Assembly: GCA_965227345.1 (NCBI GenBank)
Contig: OZ245755.1
Span: forward strand, 387,896-451,895
Reading direction: 5' to 3'
Origin: Sphingomonadales bacterium
Lineage (GTDB): Bacteria; Pseudomonadota; Alphaproteobacteria; Sphingomonadales; G965227345
DNA: 64,000 nucleotides
This document shows, piece after piece, positions 1 to 10,153 of the stretch. A program made the position numbers and the translations under genes. Every line of letters starts with the position of its first letter. Position 1 is the first letter of the stretch. The notes below the pieces were generated by a model that saw nothing but the letters and a program-made list of their open reading frames with translations, searched no databases and had not been told where the DNA came from.

Positions 1-1
1 T

Positions 2-769
2 GACGCTTCTGACCTGAATGGCGGCACATTGCTGGTCACGCCTCTTTTGGGTGCGGATGGCGAAGCCTATGCCGTATCTCAGGGCCCGGTGCAAATTAAT
101 GGCTTTACGGCCGCAGGCGATGCCGCATCCGTTACAAAAGGTGTCCCTACGACAGGTCGCATTCCAAACGGTGCCATCGTCGAGCGGGAAATATTTTACG
201 ATCTCGCCAGCCAGCCGCGTGTTCGTTTGCAGCTCCACAGCCCGGATTTTACGACAGCGACAAGAATTGCCAACACGATTAACCAGTATGTCGGCGTGAC
301 GATTGCCAGTCCGCTGGACCCTGCAACCGTTGTTGTCAACAACCTGCCTGGCTCCGGGCAAAATATGGTGGGCCTGCTTACATCCATCGAGCAACTTACC
401 ATCTCGCCGGATCAGCGTGCCCGTGTTGTCATCAATGAACGGTCCGGGGTTATCGTGATCGGTAGTGAAGTTCGCGTCAGTGAAGCCGCAATTGCGCAGG
501 GCAACCTGACAATTTCCATCACGGAAACACCCCAGGTATCCCAGCCTGCTCCCTTCGCCGAACAGGGCGAAACAGTGGAAGTTCCACGGACAGAAATCGG
601 GATCGAACAGGATGAAGGCAAAAAACTTACTGTCCTTAAAAGTGGCGTGACCCTGCAAAGTCTTGTCGATGGTCTCAATGCTCTGGGCGTTGGTCCGCGC
701 GATATGATGGCAATCCTTCAATCTTTAAAAGCTGCAGGTGCCCTGCAAGCCGATATCGAGGTGATGTAA
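2..769 (+). CDS. flgI: Flagellar P-ring protein FlgI (5' end lies upstream of the window)
   Basis: Frame open from position 2 (DASDLNGGTLLVTPL); motifs VYAVSQG-like YAVSQG, PDFTTA, VVINERSGVIVIG and the C-terminal LVDGLNALGVGPRDMMAILQSLKAAGALQA. Confidence 0.97.
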   Translation, partial: DASDLNGGTLLVTPLLGADGEAYAVSQGPVQINGFTAAGDAASVTKGVPTTGRIPNGAIVEREIFYDLASQPRVRLQLHSPDFTTATRIANTINQYVGVTIASPLDPATVVVNNLPGSGQNMVGLLTSIEQLTISPDQRARVVINERSGVIVIGSEVRVSEAAIAQGNLTISITETPQVSQPAPFAEQGETVEVPRTEIGIEQDEGKKLTVLKSGVTLQSLVDGLNALGVGPRDMMAILQSLKAAGALQADIEVM

Positions 770-1074
770 TGGATTTGAATATTATTCAGGTACAATCAGG
801 CAATGTTCAGAAATCCCTGAACAATCTGAACAAGCCGGCTGAAGATCAGGCAATCCGCAAGTCAGCGGAATCGTTCGAAGCCATGTTCATTGCCCAGTTG
901 CTGAACAGCATGCCGACAGGTGCCGATCCTGACGGGCCCTTTGGCGGTGGTCAGACAGAAGAAATATTTCGCGGCATGATGAACGAAGAATATGGCAAGC
1001 ATATTACCCGAAACGGCGGTATCGGGGTGGCTGACACCCTGTACAAGGAAATATTGAAGATGCAGGAGGTTTGA
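769..1074 (+). CDS. flgJ: Single-domain FlgJ rod-binding protein
   Basis: AESFEAMFIAQLL...GPFGGG...FRGMMNEEYG...GGIGVAD rod-binding motif; start overlaps the flgI stop. Confidence 0.9.
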   Translation: MDLNIIQVQSGNVQKSLNNLNKPAEDQAIRKSAESFEAMFIAQLLNSMPTGADPDGPFGGGQTEEIFRGMMNEEYGKHITRNGGIGVADTLYKEILKMQEV

Positions 1075-1075
1075 A

Positions 1076-1522
1076 ATGACGTCACATGAAAACAGTTCGT
1101 CTCCACTCGCATCGCTGATCTCGGTGACGCAGCAGCTGACAAGCGTCATTCTGGAAGAAAACAGGTTTTTGGAGACACGACGCCCGGGTGAAGCCGCCGC
1201 ATTGGCAGAAGAAAAGGGCCGGTTGAACGCTGCCTATGAAAGTGAAATCATGGCTATCAAGAAGCGTGGTGGTCTGGAATCCTTACCCGACGCGCCATTG
1301 CTGCGCCAGCTCAAACAGGAGACCAGAACCTTTCACGTGGCGCTTGACAAGCACAAGCGCATTCTGGTGCGCCTGCGGACTGTTACCGAAAGCATGGTCA
1401 AGGCAATTGGCGATGAAGTGTCAAAACGCGCCAACCCTGTACAGAATTATGGCGGCAACGCAGCCCTTGCCCCAAGCCCGCACAAAGCACCGACATCACT
1501 GTCCTTAAACCAGATTATCTAG
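1076..1522 (+). CDS. FlgN/FlbY-like flagellar export chaperone
   Basis: Helical 148-aa protein after flgJ with a C-terminal YGxxA motif; position typical of this chaperone. Confidence 0.65.
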   Translation: MTSHENSSSPLASLISVTQQLTSVILEENRFLETRRPGEAAALAEEKGRLNAAYESEIMAIKKRGGLESLPDAPLLRQLKQETRTFHVALDKHKRILVRLRTVTESMVKAIGDEVSKRANPVQNYGGNAALAPSPHKAPTSLSLNQII

Positions 1523-1955
1523 GAATAGTTGTGGTATCCGGCCCCTCGCCGCCAAAGCGTGTGGCCAGATAGTCCATTACAAACCCGATAATGGCGCCTT
1601 CCAGCACGAACCAGAAAGGCGATGTCAGAACGCCGTCCTGCCCGAACAGGGACAGCATCATCAGATGCATCTGGTCATAGGCAAAGAAGACCAGCACAAA
1701 ATTAAGCCATGCCCCCAGCAAAGAGCCCCGGAACCACCAGGGCAGAGGTAAATTAATCACGGGGTTGGATGTAAACACACCCATCACGCCTATGATTGCA
1801 CCGAATGTTATATACCAGAGCAGAAGGCCCCAGCGTAACAGGCCGCCAGCATCAGGCAAAAAACAGGGCACGAATATAAACGCTGCAACACCGCAGGCAA
1901 GGCCGATCAGCTTGCCGATGGCAACACGGGTGATGAGAGAAGGATTACTGAACAT
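1515..1955 (-). CDS. Hypothetical 4-TM membrane protein
   Basis: Four hydrophobic segments; ATG at 1955; stop overlaps the convergent flgN-like stop. Confidence 0.65.
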   Translation of the reverse strand: MFSNPSLITRVAIGKLIGLACGVAAFIFVPCFLPDAGGLLRWGLLLWYITFGAIIGVMGVFTSNPVINLPLPWWFRGSLLGAWLNFVLVFFAYDQMHLMMLSLFGQDGVLTSPFWFVLEGAIIGFVMDYLATRFGGEGPDTTTIPR

Positions 1956-2008
1956 GTCAGGCTCCACCAAGCATATCTGTCTGCAGGGCGCAGACGGAAG
2001 AAGCGGTG

Positions 2009-2536
2009 TTAAACCCGCTCTTTCCTCAGTATACCATAAAACAGGCTGTCATGCCATTCGCCCTCGCTCCAGTGGGTTTCACGATGGCGGCCGTCCAGCG
2101 TAAAGCCAAGCGTGGCAAATAATTTCTGCTTGGGTTCATCGAAGCCGTATATTTCGGCCCATATCCGGTGCAATCCCAATTCTTCAAAACCATACTTCAG
2201 CAACGTACGGCCAGCATCCGGGGCAAGTTCTCCATCAATATAAAGGTCATCCTTGCCAATATAAATCGAGAAATCCGCATTGCGATCAACCCAGTTGATA
2301 TAACAAAGGCCCGCAGCCCCAATCAGGCTGCCCGTTGCCAGTTCCTGAATGGCAAACATGCGCACGGCCGGATCGCCCAGCACGACCTTGTCGTACCACA
2401 TCTGCTGCTGGTTCATGCCCAACTCGCGATTTTCACGAAAATATCGCCTGAAGCGGGGCTTGTTGCGCCATTCCAGCAATTGCGGCAGATCATCACTTTC
2501 AATAGCCCGCAGCCCGGTCAGTTCACCTTCCAGCAT
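2009..2536 (-). CDS. GNAT N-acetyltransferase (PseH/RimJ-like)
   Basis: LRAIESDDLPQLLEWRN...YGFEELGLHRIWAE...GFTLDG; directly downstream of the NeuB-family synthase. Confidence 0.85.
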   Translation of the reverse strand: MLEGELTGLRAIESDDLPQLLEWRNKPRFRRYFRENRELGMNQQQMWYDKVVLGDPAVRMFAIQELATGSLIGAAGLCYINWVDRNADFSIYIGKDDLYIDGELAPDAGRTLLKYGFEELGLHRIWAEIYGFDEPKQKLFATLGFTLDGRHRETHWSEGEWHDSLFYGILRKERV

Positions 2537-2539
2537 GGC

Positions 2540-3619
2540 TTACATCCTTATATCGGCAAGCGTCAGGGCATCGCCCCGGAGGCGGTCAACGGTCATCAGC
2601 TGCCCTGTAATTTTATCTGTCTCATAGGGCGCAAGCGCGCCTTCCGGTGCCGGACGCAGGGCTTTCAAGTCTTCTGCTGTCAGCACGTCACCGGCCTTCA
2701 CATCCCGCGTAAGCCGCAGGCACCGGCGCTGTACGATAGCTGTTTGTTTTTCATTCTCTTCGATACGCTTGATCCCGTCGCCCAGCGCGGCTTCCAGTTC
2801 TCGCGAACGATATACCATTTCCGCCCAGCTTTGGGGTGTCATGGAGAAAGGATGATCCGGCCCTTCCCGATTATTATCATCGGTAAAATGCTTTTCGATA
2901 ATTCGCGCCCCCAGTGCAACGGCACCAAGTACCGTGGCATGGCCGGGAGTATGATCGGAAAGCCCCAGTACCATATCAGGATACCGCAGGGCATACGCTT
3001 TCAGTACATTCAGGTTAACATATCGAAAATTCTCAAGGTCGCCGGTATAGTTGGTGTTGCACTGCATCAGCACAATCTGTCTGTTGTGCGCGAGAACAGC
3101 CTCTACCGCCCGCTCGACATCCGACATGGAAGACGCTCCTGTTGCAAGGAAGACCGGCTTGCCTTTTTTGGCAATATGCGCCACAGCATCTGTCCAGGTA
3201 ATGTCGCCGGAGCCCACCTTGAATGCCGGCACCACTTTGGCAAATATGTCGATGGCAGCAAAATCATACGGCGTGGTCATGAAATCGATATCGGCGGCCT
3301 TGCAGGTTTCGATCAGGTGCGGGGTCCAGTCGCGTGGCGCTTCATATTGTTCGTAAACCTGATAGACAGATTTTTTCCAGCCCGCCTGATGAGACACCTG
3401 CCCGCCCAACGCCCTGAAGCCTTCGTCACTGACTATATCCTTTGCCAGAAAATGCTGAAACTTTGCCGCATCAGCTCCGGCCTCTTTGGCTTGCCATACA
3501 AGCGCCTTTGCACGCTCCAGGTCACCGTCATGGCTCGCGCCGATATCGGCAATAAAATAAGCGGGGCGATCAAGCCCGATTTCCCGGGTACCAATCTTTA
3601 TTAAACTGTCATACAGCAT
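2540..3619 (-). CDS. NeuB/PseI/SpsE-family nonulosonic acid synthase with C-terminal SAF domain
   Basis: ADAAKFQ, FKVGSGD, GLSDHT and IEKHFT motifs; SAF tail RRCLRLTRDVKAGDVL. Confidence 0.93.
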   Translation of the reverse strand: MLYDSLIKIGTREIGLDRPAYFIADIGASHDGDLERAKALVWQAKEAGADAAKFQHFLAKDIVSDEGFRALGGQVSHQAGWKKSVYQVYEQYEAPRDWTPHLIETCKAADIDFMTTPYDFAAIDIFAKVVPAFKVGSGDITWTDAVAHIAKKGKPVFLATGASSMSDVERAVEAVLAHNRQIVLMQCNTNYTGDLENFRYVNLNVLKAYALRYPDMVLGLSDHTPGHATVLGAVALGARIIEKHFTDDNNREGPDHPFSMTPQSWAEMVYRSRELEAALGDGIKRIEENEKQTAIVQRRCLRLTRDVKAGDVLTAEDLKALRPAPEGALAPYETDKITGQLMTVDRLRGDALTLADIRM

Positions 3620-4484
3620 CTGCAGTCTCGTATTCCTTTAACAGATTATCAATCACCTGATCCGTGTCGGGCAAGGCCCGCCCCAGAAGTGCTTCAGCCT
3701 GACTGACATCAAGACCCAGGCTATTGGCTCTGGGCGGTTTCAGCCCGGCACCAGACCCGACAGATGCACCATCAAGTGATTTACCCAACTTTTGCGCCAG
3801 CCGGCACAGAAAGTCTTTCTTAGAGACTACATTACGCGATGCAATATTAAGGATTCGTTTAGCATGATCCAGTGACGTCAAATCAAGAATTGCGGCCGAC
3901 AGGGATGCCGCATCTATTGTCGACGAAAATACATCATCAAACAGGGTTACAGGTTCGTCCCTTTTTATGACATTCAGCCCCCATTCAATAAAGGTTGGAC
4001 GCCCGCGCCAACCGCGAAACCCTGTAACATTGGTCCGCACCACCAGCGCCTTCTCCCACACCAGCGCCATGGCCTCACCTGCATATTTTGTGCGGGCATA
4101 TTCATTCACCAGCGTAACCGGCGCATTCTCGGCATGGCTTATGGCACCATCACCAACATAATAATGGTCGGTCGATACATGAATGAACGGAATATCCCTT
4201 GCCCTGCATGCCGCCGCCATAACAGCCACAGCGCGGCAATTCACCATATAGGCCTGCCCGGGATCCGCTTCACATGCCTTGAGGTCGGTATTTGCGGCAC
4301 AGTTAATAACCAGACGGGGATTCGCGGCTTCTATAATCGCAAAGACCGCTTCGGCCTGATAAATATCAACAACAAGGTCTGACCCGTGGCGAGAGGCCCC
4401 GATAGCATCCATTCCACGAGCCGAGGCCTGGGCAATCAGTGCCTGCCCCAACATGCCGCTGCCCCCAAATACCAATATTGTCAT
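3609..4484 (-). CDS. RmlD-like NDP-4-keto-6-deoxyhexose reductase (extended SDR)
   Basis: GGSGMLG, VINCAANT, HVSTDHYY and YARTK catalytic motifs. Confidence 0.88.
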   Translation of the reverse strand: MTILVFGGSGMLGQALIAQASARGMDAIGASRHGSDLVVDIYQAEAVFAIIEAANPRLVINCAANTDLKACEADPGQAYMVNCRAVAVMAAACRARDIPFIHVSTDHYYVGDGAISHAENAPVTLVNEYARTKYAGEAMALVWEKALVVRTNVTGFRGWRGRPTFIEWGLNVIKRDEPVTLFDDVFSSTIDAASLSAAILDLTSLDHAKRILNIASRNVVSKKDFLCRLAQKLGKSLDGASVGSGAGLKPPRANSLGLDVSQAEALLGRALPDTDQVIDNLLKEYETADAV

Positions 4485-4591
4485 AAACGCCCGTCCCCGT
4501 AATAAGGCATAATATGATGCCCGGTTCGCCGATTGAGCCTCAACAGATTAAAAAAAACAAGGCTCTTGCGGCGCTTTTTTCCCGGTCAGGT

Positions 4592-4625
4592 CAGCAGATA
4601 TTGCCCGGTATGGCAATTTTTACCA
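4592..4625 (+). promoter_or_regulatory. Degenerate ftr-like (FlbD) enhancer pair upstream of flagellin 1
   Basis: CAGCAGATATTGCCC (4592-4606) and TGGCAATTTTTACCA (4611-4625) resemble GGCAA-N4-TGCC, about 90 bp upstream of the sigma54 promoter. Confidence 0.55.
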
Positions 4626-4704
4626 TACTTAATTTTATATGAGCGGCCGCAATAGATAAAATTTTATTCATGTTTTACAATAGTTTAGATAAATTTATAA
4701 AAAC

Positions 4705-4720
4705 TGGCACGGCTTTTGCT
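4705..4720 (+). promoter_or_regulatory. sigma54 (-24/-12) promoter of flagellin 1
   Basis: TGGCACGGCTTTTGCT matches TGGCAC-N5-TTGCW. Confidence 0.92.
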
Positions 4721-4784
4721 GATAGTTGGTCAGCCCGTTACGACGGATTTTATTTTTGCAGAACGCCGAAAAAGGAGAATTTCC

Positions 4785-5615
4785 ATGGCCTTCTCAGTTA
4801 ATACAAACGCTAGTGCTCTTAGTGCTTTGAGAAACCTGAATGTGACTACCAGCCAGTTGGAAGGCACCCAGACCAAAATTAATACCGGTCTGAAAATATC
4901 GTCCGCCAAAGACAACGCGGCTGTTTATTCGATTGCACAGAAACTGCGTGCCGACCTGAGCGGGTTCAGCGCTGTAAAGCAAAGTCTGGATCGGTCGATC
5001 AGTAACGCCGATATCGCGATGGCCGCAGCAGGCTCGATTTCAGATCTTCTGATCGACATGAAAGAGAAAGCCGTTGCTGCAGCAGATGCCGGACTTGACG
5101 CGACAAGCCGCGACGCTCTGGCACAGGATTTTAACGCCCTGCGCGACCAGATTACGATTATTGTTTCCAACGCAGAATTTAATGGCACCAACCTGATTGA
5201 TGCCGGCACCGATACTGTGGTCGCCATCACCAACCCGGATGCCACCCAAACAATCTCTATTGCCCACCAGAACCTGACACTGGGTGGCGGCAATGTTGAT
5301 ATTACAGCCTCACAAAGCATTACCACAAGTGCCCTGGCGGCACAGGCGGTGACTGATCTGGTGGCCTCGATTGATAATGTGAACGCGGTCCTGACCCGTC
5401 TGGGCTCCGGTGCCAAGTCGCTGGAAACACAGCGCGCGTTCGCCGACAAGCTGTCTGACGCCATTGAAGTCGGTATTGGTAATCTGGTTGATGCCGATCT
5501 GGCCAAGGAAAGCGCCAACCTTCAGGCCCTGCAGGTGAAGCAGCAGCTTGGTGTTCAGGCCCTGTCCATCGCCAACCAGTCACCACAGTCCGTATTGAGC
5601 CTGTTCAATAACTAG
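4785..5615 (+). CDS. Flagellin 1 (short Caulobacter-type, divergent paralog)
   Basis: MAFSVNTNASAL...INTGLKISSAKDNAA...GNLVDADLAKESA...QALSIANQ; AAGGAG RBS before the ATG at 4785. Confidence 0.97.
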   Translation: MAFSVNTNASALSALRNLNVTTSQLEGTQTKINTGLKISSAKDNAAVYSIAQKLRADLSGFSAVKQSLDRSISNADIAMAAAGSISDLLIDMKEKAVAAADAGLDATSRDALAQDFNALRDQITIIVSNAEFNGTNLIDAGTDTVVAITNPDATQTISIAHQNLTLGGGNVDITASQSITTSALAAQAVTDLVASIDNVNAVLTRLGSGAKSLETQRAFADKLSDAIEVGIGNLVDADLAKESANLQALQVKQQLGVQALSIANQSPQSVLSLFNN

Positions 5616-5644
5616 GATTGACCTGACAGACCTTTCCCGAAGAT

Positions 5645-5697
5645 AAAACGGGCCGGAACTCACATGAGATCCGGCCCGTAATCTTTTATGTTTTTTT
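5645..5697. terminator. Probable bidirectional intrinsic terminator between flagellin 1 and pseB
   Basis: ACGGGCCGGA (5648-5657) / TCCGGCCCGT (5670-5679) stem, flanked by an A-run and T-runs. Confidence 0.85.
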
Positions 5698-5708
5698 AAA
5701 AATAATAA

Positions 5709-6794
<1,086 letters not shown>

Positions 6795-6920
6795 TCAAAA
6801 TCAATATGATCCGTTAAGCTAAAAGTAAGTTTCTTCCATTACTGATTAAGAAATTAATAAAATTATCCCTAATAAATGATGAACACGGACGTAAATCGTT
6901 AAATTCAAGGAGAGAAAAGA

Positions 6921-7541
6921 GTGACACAGCAGTTGGCGGCATGGACCGGTGAATTCGGCTCCAAATACATAGAACGCAATGACACGGATGTGGCAAACCT
7001 GAAAAACCAGATTATCGGCTGGTCAAGGATTTTTGATTGCATGCCCCACGCACCGTTAAAATCTGTTTTGGAAGTTGGTGCAAATATCGGTCACAACCTG
7101 AACGCAATCAGCCATATTTCCAACGCGGAGCTTTATGCGGTCGAGCCGAATGACATCGCGCGTAAAAAACTGTCCGGCGAGAATTTCATCAAGCCGGAGA
7201 ATACTTTTGGCTCAACTGCCTTTGACATTCCTTTGGCCGACGGTGCCGTAGATATGGCCTTTACATCAGCCGTGCTTATCCACATTGCCCCGGAAGATCT
7301 GAAAAAAGCCTGTTCGGAAATACACCGTGTTTCCAGCAAATATATTGTGTGCCGTGAATATTTTGCGACAGAACCGGAATCGAAGAATTATCGCGGTCAC
7401 GACGGCCTGCTGTTCAAACGCGACTTCGGCGCTTTCTGGCTGGATAACTTCCCCGATATTGAACTGGTTGACTATGGCTTTCTATGGCACAAGGTCACCG
7501 GCATCGGTGATCTGACATGGTGGGTTTTCCGCAAAAAATAA
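6921..7541 (+). CDS. Pseudaminic-acid-biosynthesis-associated SAM methyltransferase
   Basis: WTGEFGSKYIERN, VLEVGANIGHNL, VLIHIAP, EYF...YRGHDGLLFKRDF, DYGFLW motifs. Confidence 0.88.
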   Translation: MTQQLAAWTGEFGSKYIERNDTDVANLKNQIIGWSRIFDCMPHAPLKSVLEVGANIGHNLNAISHISNAELYAVEPNDIARKKLSGENFIKPENTFGSTAFDIPLADGAVDMAFTSAVLIHIAPEDLKKACSEIHRVSSKYIVCREYFATEPESKNYRGHDGLLFKRDFGAFWLDNFPDIELVDYGFLWHKVTGIGDLTWWVFRKK

Positions 7542-7557
7542 ATTTCAACCCAGCTCT

Positions 7558-8349
7558 TCAATCCGTCTTGGCCCCACTGCGCAGAAGAAGATCGGCAGAC
7601 TGCTTCTGTTCGACTTTTGCGTTCAGTGCGCGCCAGGCCGGATTATCATCAAGTATTCTGACACAATCGCGCCAGCCAAAATTCGGGTTTTCGGGATAAA
7701 GTTCCTCGATAATCTTGCTGACCAGCGTCAGGTCCGCCGGCTCATCTACACACCAGCGATTGTCGTGATGATCTTCCTGCATGGTGTGGGAACCACATAT
7801 AAAACGTCCGGGCCGCCGATAAATGTAGGGCGTTACATGCTCCCGCTCTGCCGGATCAATCGCTTTGCTCATGGCCTCTTCCAGACAGGCACGACGAAAT
7901 ATTTCTGCGTCCAGCCCGTGCGGAAACCGGGTACCATCAATCGCAGCATAGTCCAGTGCAGGATTTGCGTTTATAAACATGGCGGCCAGATCGTCCACCA
8001 CTTCAGGGTCAATCAACGGGCAATCAGAGGTCACACGGATCACAACATCCGCCCCCTCACCCAGTTCCTTGACCGCGCCATCATATCGCGAGAGGACATC
8101 CGCCTCATCACCTCTAAAAACCGGCACGCCCAAAGACCTGCAATATCTGTCAATCGGATCATCGGTCGCGTTCACGGTGGTGGCGACCACAAGCTGGTCT
8201 ATCAGCTTTGATCTTTGAAGGCGTGAAAGATGATAATAAAGAAGAGGTTCACCCAGAACAGGCATCAATACCTTGCCCGGCAGTCGGGTCGAGGTCATGC
8301 GCGCCTGTGATACGCAAATAATCCGGCGCTTGTTTTTTGAATTAGTCAT
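7558..8349 (-). CDS. SpsF/FlmC-type cytidylyltransferase, copy 1
   Basis: QARMTSTRLPGKVL, RGDEADVLSRY, RVTSDCPLIDP, REHVTPYI, RWCVDEPADL. Confidence 0.9.
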   Translation of the reverse strand: MTNSKNKRRIICVSQARMTSTRLPGKVLMPVLGEPLLYYHLSRLQRSKLIDQLVVATTVNATDDPIDRYCRSLGVPVFRGDEADVLSRYDGAVKELGEGADVVIRVTSDCPLIDPEVVDDLAAMFINANPALDYAAIDGTRFPHGLDAEIFRRACLEEAMSKAIDPAEREHVTPYIYRRPGRFICGSHTMQEDHHDNRWCVDEPADLTLVSKIIEELYPENPNFGWRDCVRILDDNPAWRALNAKVEQKQSADLLLRSGAKTD

Positions 8350-8431
8350 ACCGGCTTTCCTGTCTGCCTGTTCATGGCAAAAGGCTATCCGATTCAGGAA
8401 AAATTATAAACGGAAATGTCGCGCACAGGGC

Positions 8432-8809
8432 TCAGATTGATTTATCTATGACGACGCCTTCTTTTTCCCTGTAAAAGGAAATAAAGCGGACAATTTCATC
8501 AGAGGGCCACTGCCCGACAACCTCGCCGGAGTGCTTGTCTATGGACTGATACAGAAACATGCCCGTGGTATTATCCTGATCAATTCTAAGACGTGTATTG
8601 GGAAGTGCTTCCGGCACAAATTTGTCAAGAATTGCCGCAATTTTCTCGAGAGGTTCTCCGGGCACAAAAACGTCGCCGTCGTCAGCTTGGGCAATTTGTT
8701 TTTCCTGAGGCTTGAGATTTTCCGCCGGTCCTTTCCGCGACGTCTTTTCCAACGCAGAAAAGCCGATAGAATCGGCCGGACTTGCAGGTTTTATATTTAT
8801 ATCATTCAT
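8432..8809 (-). CDS. flaG: FlaG-family flagellar protein
   Basis: C-terminal LRIDQDNTTGMFLYQSIDKHSGEVVGQWPSDEIV...GVVIDKSI pattern; lies downstream of flagellin 2. Confidence 0.75.
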   Translation of the reverse strand: MNDINIKPASPADSIGFSALEKTSRKGPAENLKPQEKQIAQADDGDVFVPGEPLEKIAAILDKFVPEALPNTRLRIDQDNTTGMFLYQSIDKHSGEVVGQWPSDEIVRFISFYREKEGVVIDKSI

Positions 8810-8929
8810 CTCGTCTGCCCCTTCCGGAACAATCAGCAACACTCATTATACAAGATATGCTGCCAATACTGGTTTAAATTTCTCGATCGCAATCCTTCTT
8901 TTCAGTTCAATACCCTGTTTGCCTGGCAG

Positions 8930-8961
8930 GAAAAGGTGAGGCTGCAAGTGACAGCCCCACC
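8930..8961 (-). terminator. Intrinsic terminator after flagellin 2
   Basis: Minus strand GGTGGGGCTG-loop-CAGCCTCACC followed by TTTT. Confidence 0.7.
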
Positions 8962-8970
8962 AAACCACGA

Positions 8971-9798
8971 TTACCTGAAGAGCGAAGTCACGGCTGCCGG
9001 TGCCTGATTGGCAATCGACAAGGCCTGAAGACCCAGCTGCTGCTTCACCTGCAAGGACTGCAACTTGGCGCTTTCCTTCGCCAGATCGGCGTCAACAAGC
9101 TTGCCAATACCTGTTTCGATGGTATCTGACAGTTTGGCGATAAAGTTCTGCTGCAGTTCCAGACGCTTGGCACCCGAACCCAACCGCGACAGTGCCGCGT
9201 TCACATTGGTGATCGATGTTTCAAGCGCATCAACAGCCGCAGAAGCCAGAGCCGACGTCGTGATTGCCGTAGCTGCAGTGATTGTGACGTTCGCACCTGT
9301 CAGAGACAGATCCTGTGCAGCGATCGTGATTGTCTGTGAACCCGTATCGTTGGTAATACCGACAATAGCGTCACCACCGTTTTTAACGGTGTTCAGACCG
9401 TTGAATTCAGCATTCGACACGATCGAACTGATCTGGTCACGCAGCTGGATAAAGTCGTTGTTCAAAGCTGTCTTTGTCGCAGCATCCGCACCCGGATCCT
9501 TTGCGGCAACAGCCTTTTCCTTCAACTGAACCAGCAGATCGGCAACCGCCTCACCTGCCGCCAGTGCCACATCAGCTGCACCGGTTGCACGGTCCAGACT
9601 CTGCTTCACGGCACCCAGACCGCCAAGATCAGCGCGCAAATTCTGTGCAATTGCGAAAACAGCAGCATTGTCCTTGGCGCTTGAAACGGCAAGACCTGTG
9701 TTGATACGGTTCTGAACCGTGTTCAACTGCTGGCTGGTGCTATTGAGGTTCTGAAGTGCGACGAGGGCGCCTGGATTGGTATTAACTGAAAAAGCCAT
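8971..9798 (-). CDS. Flagellin 2
   Basis: Conserved flagellin N- and C-terminal motifs; 275 aa. Confidence 0.97.
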   Translation of the reverse strand: MAFSVNTNPGALVALQNLNSTSQQLNTVQNRINTGLAVSSAKDNAAVFAIAQNLRADLGGLGAVKQSLDRATGAADVALAAGEAVADLLVQLKEKAVAAKDPGADAATKTALNNDFIQLRDQISSIVSNAEFNGLNTVKNGGDAIVGITNDTGSQTITIAAQDLSLTGANVTITAATAITTSALASAAVDALETSITNVNAALSRLGSGAKRLELQQNFIAKLSDTIETGIGKLVDADLAKESAKLQSLQVKQQLGLQALSIANQAPAAVTSLFR

Positions 9799-9869
9799 AG
9801 TATATAATTCCCTTTCTGGATTTACTCACGAGCATTTTGCTCTGCGGCGTTTTGCCGTGCTTCCCTATC

Positions 9870-9885
9870 AGCAAGCACCGTGCCA
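9870..9885 (-). promoter_or_regulatory. sigma54 promoter of flagellin 2
   Basis: Minus strand TGGCACGGTGCTTGCT. Confidence 0.92.
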
Positions 9886-9914
9886 ATTTTTCCTACCCAG
9901 GACAAAATATTCCA

Positions 9915-9927
9915 TAAGTCATTGAAA
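9915..9927 (-). promoter_or_regulatory. IHF-like site between the ftr array and the sigma54 promoter
   Basis: Minus strand TTTCAATGACTTA vs WATCAANNNNTTR (1 mismatch), in an AT-rich spacer. Confidence 0.6.
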
Positions 9928-9955
9928 TTATTGTTATTTACGATATATTTCTGAT

Positions 9956-10041
9956 CGGCAAGATGTGCCTACCGGTCGGCAAACCCTGCCAACCCGGCAA
10001 AAATAGCCCGGCAATATTTGCCCGGTCCGGCAATATTTGCC
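9956..10041. promoter_or_regulatory. Array of five ftr-like (FlbD) enhancer elements
   Basis: CGGCAA-N4-(T/A)GCC starting at 9956, 9977, 9995, 10009 and 10028. Confidence 0.8.
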
Positions 10042-10069
10042 CAGTCACGAACCGATTAAAGCGACTTTG

Positions 10070-10104
10070 AAAATGCGAAAAGCCCGGACCAGAGGTCCGG
10101 GCTT
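10070..10104 (-). terminator. Intrinsic terminator after flagellin 3
   Basis: AAGCCCGGACC/GGTCCGGGCTT 11-bp stem (10080-10104) with a T-rich tail on the minus strand. Confidence 0.8.
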
Positions 10105-10153
10105 CAGGCGTTGGATTTTTATAAAAGACGGGCTTTTATAAAATGTCCTTATA

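Noticed and set aside
769-1074. FlgJ lacking a muramidase domain as a possible pseudogene
   Set aside because: Single-domain FlgJ is normal in Alphaproteobacteria.
2168-3604. 478-aa plus-strand ORF
   Set aside because: Antisense shadow of the NeuB-family synthase and GNAT genes; no recognisable motifs or RBS.
4925-5518. Antisense ORFs over the flagellins (also 9065-9529 and 10350-10712) that resemble each other
   Set aside because: Their similarity follows from the sense-strand paralogy and codon bias.
9956-10041. Short tandem repeats that could be read as a mini-CRISPR or iterons
   Set aside because: 14-bp units with 0-7 bp gaps, no spacers and no cas genes; they match ftr enhancers at the expected distance from a sigma54 promoter.
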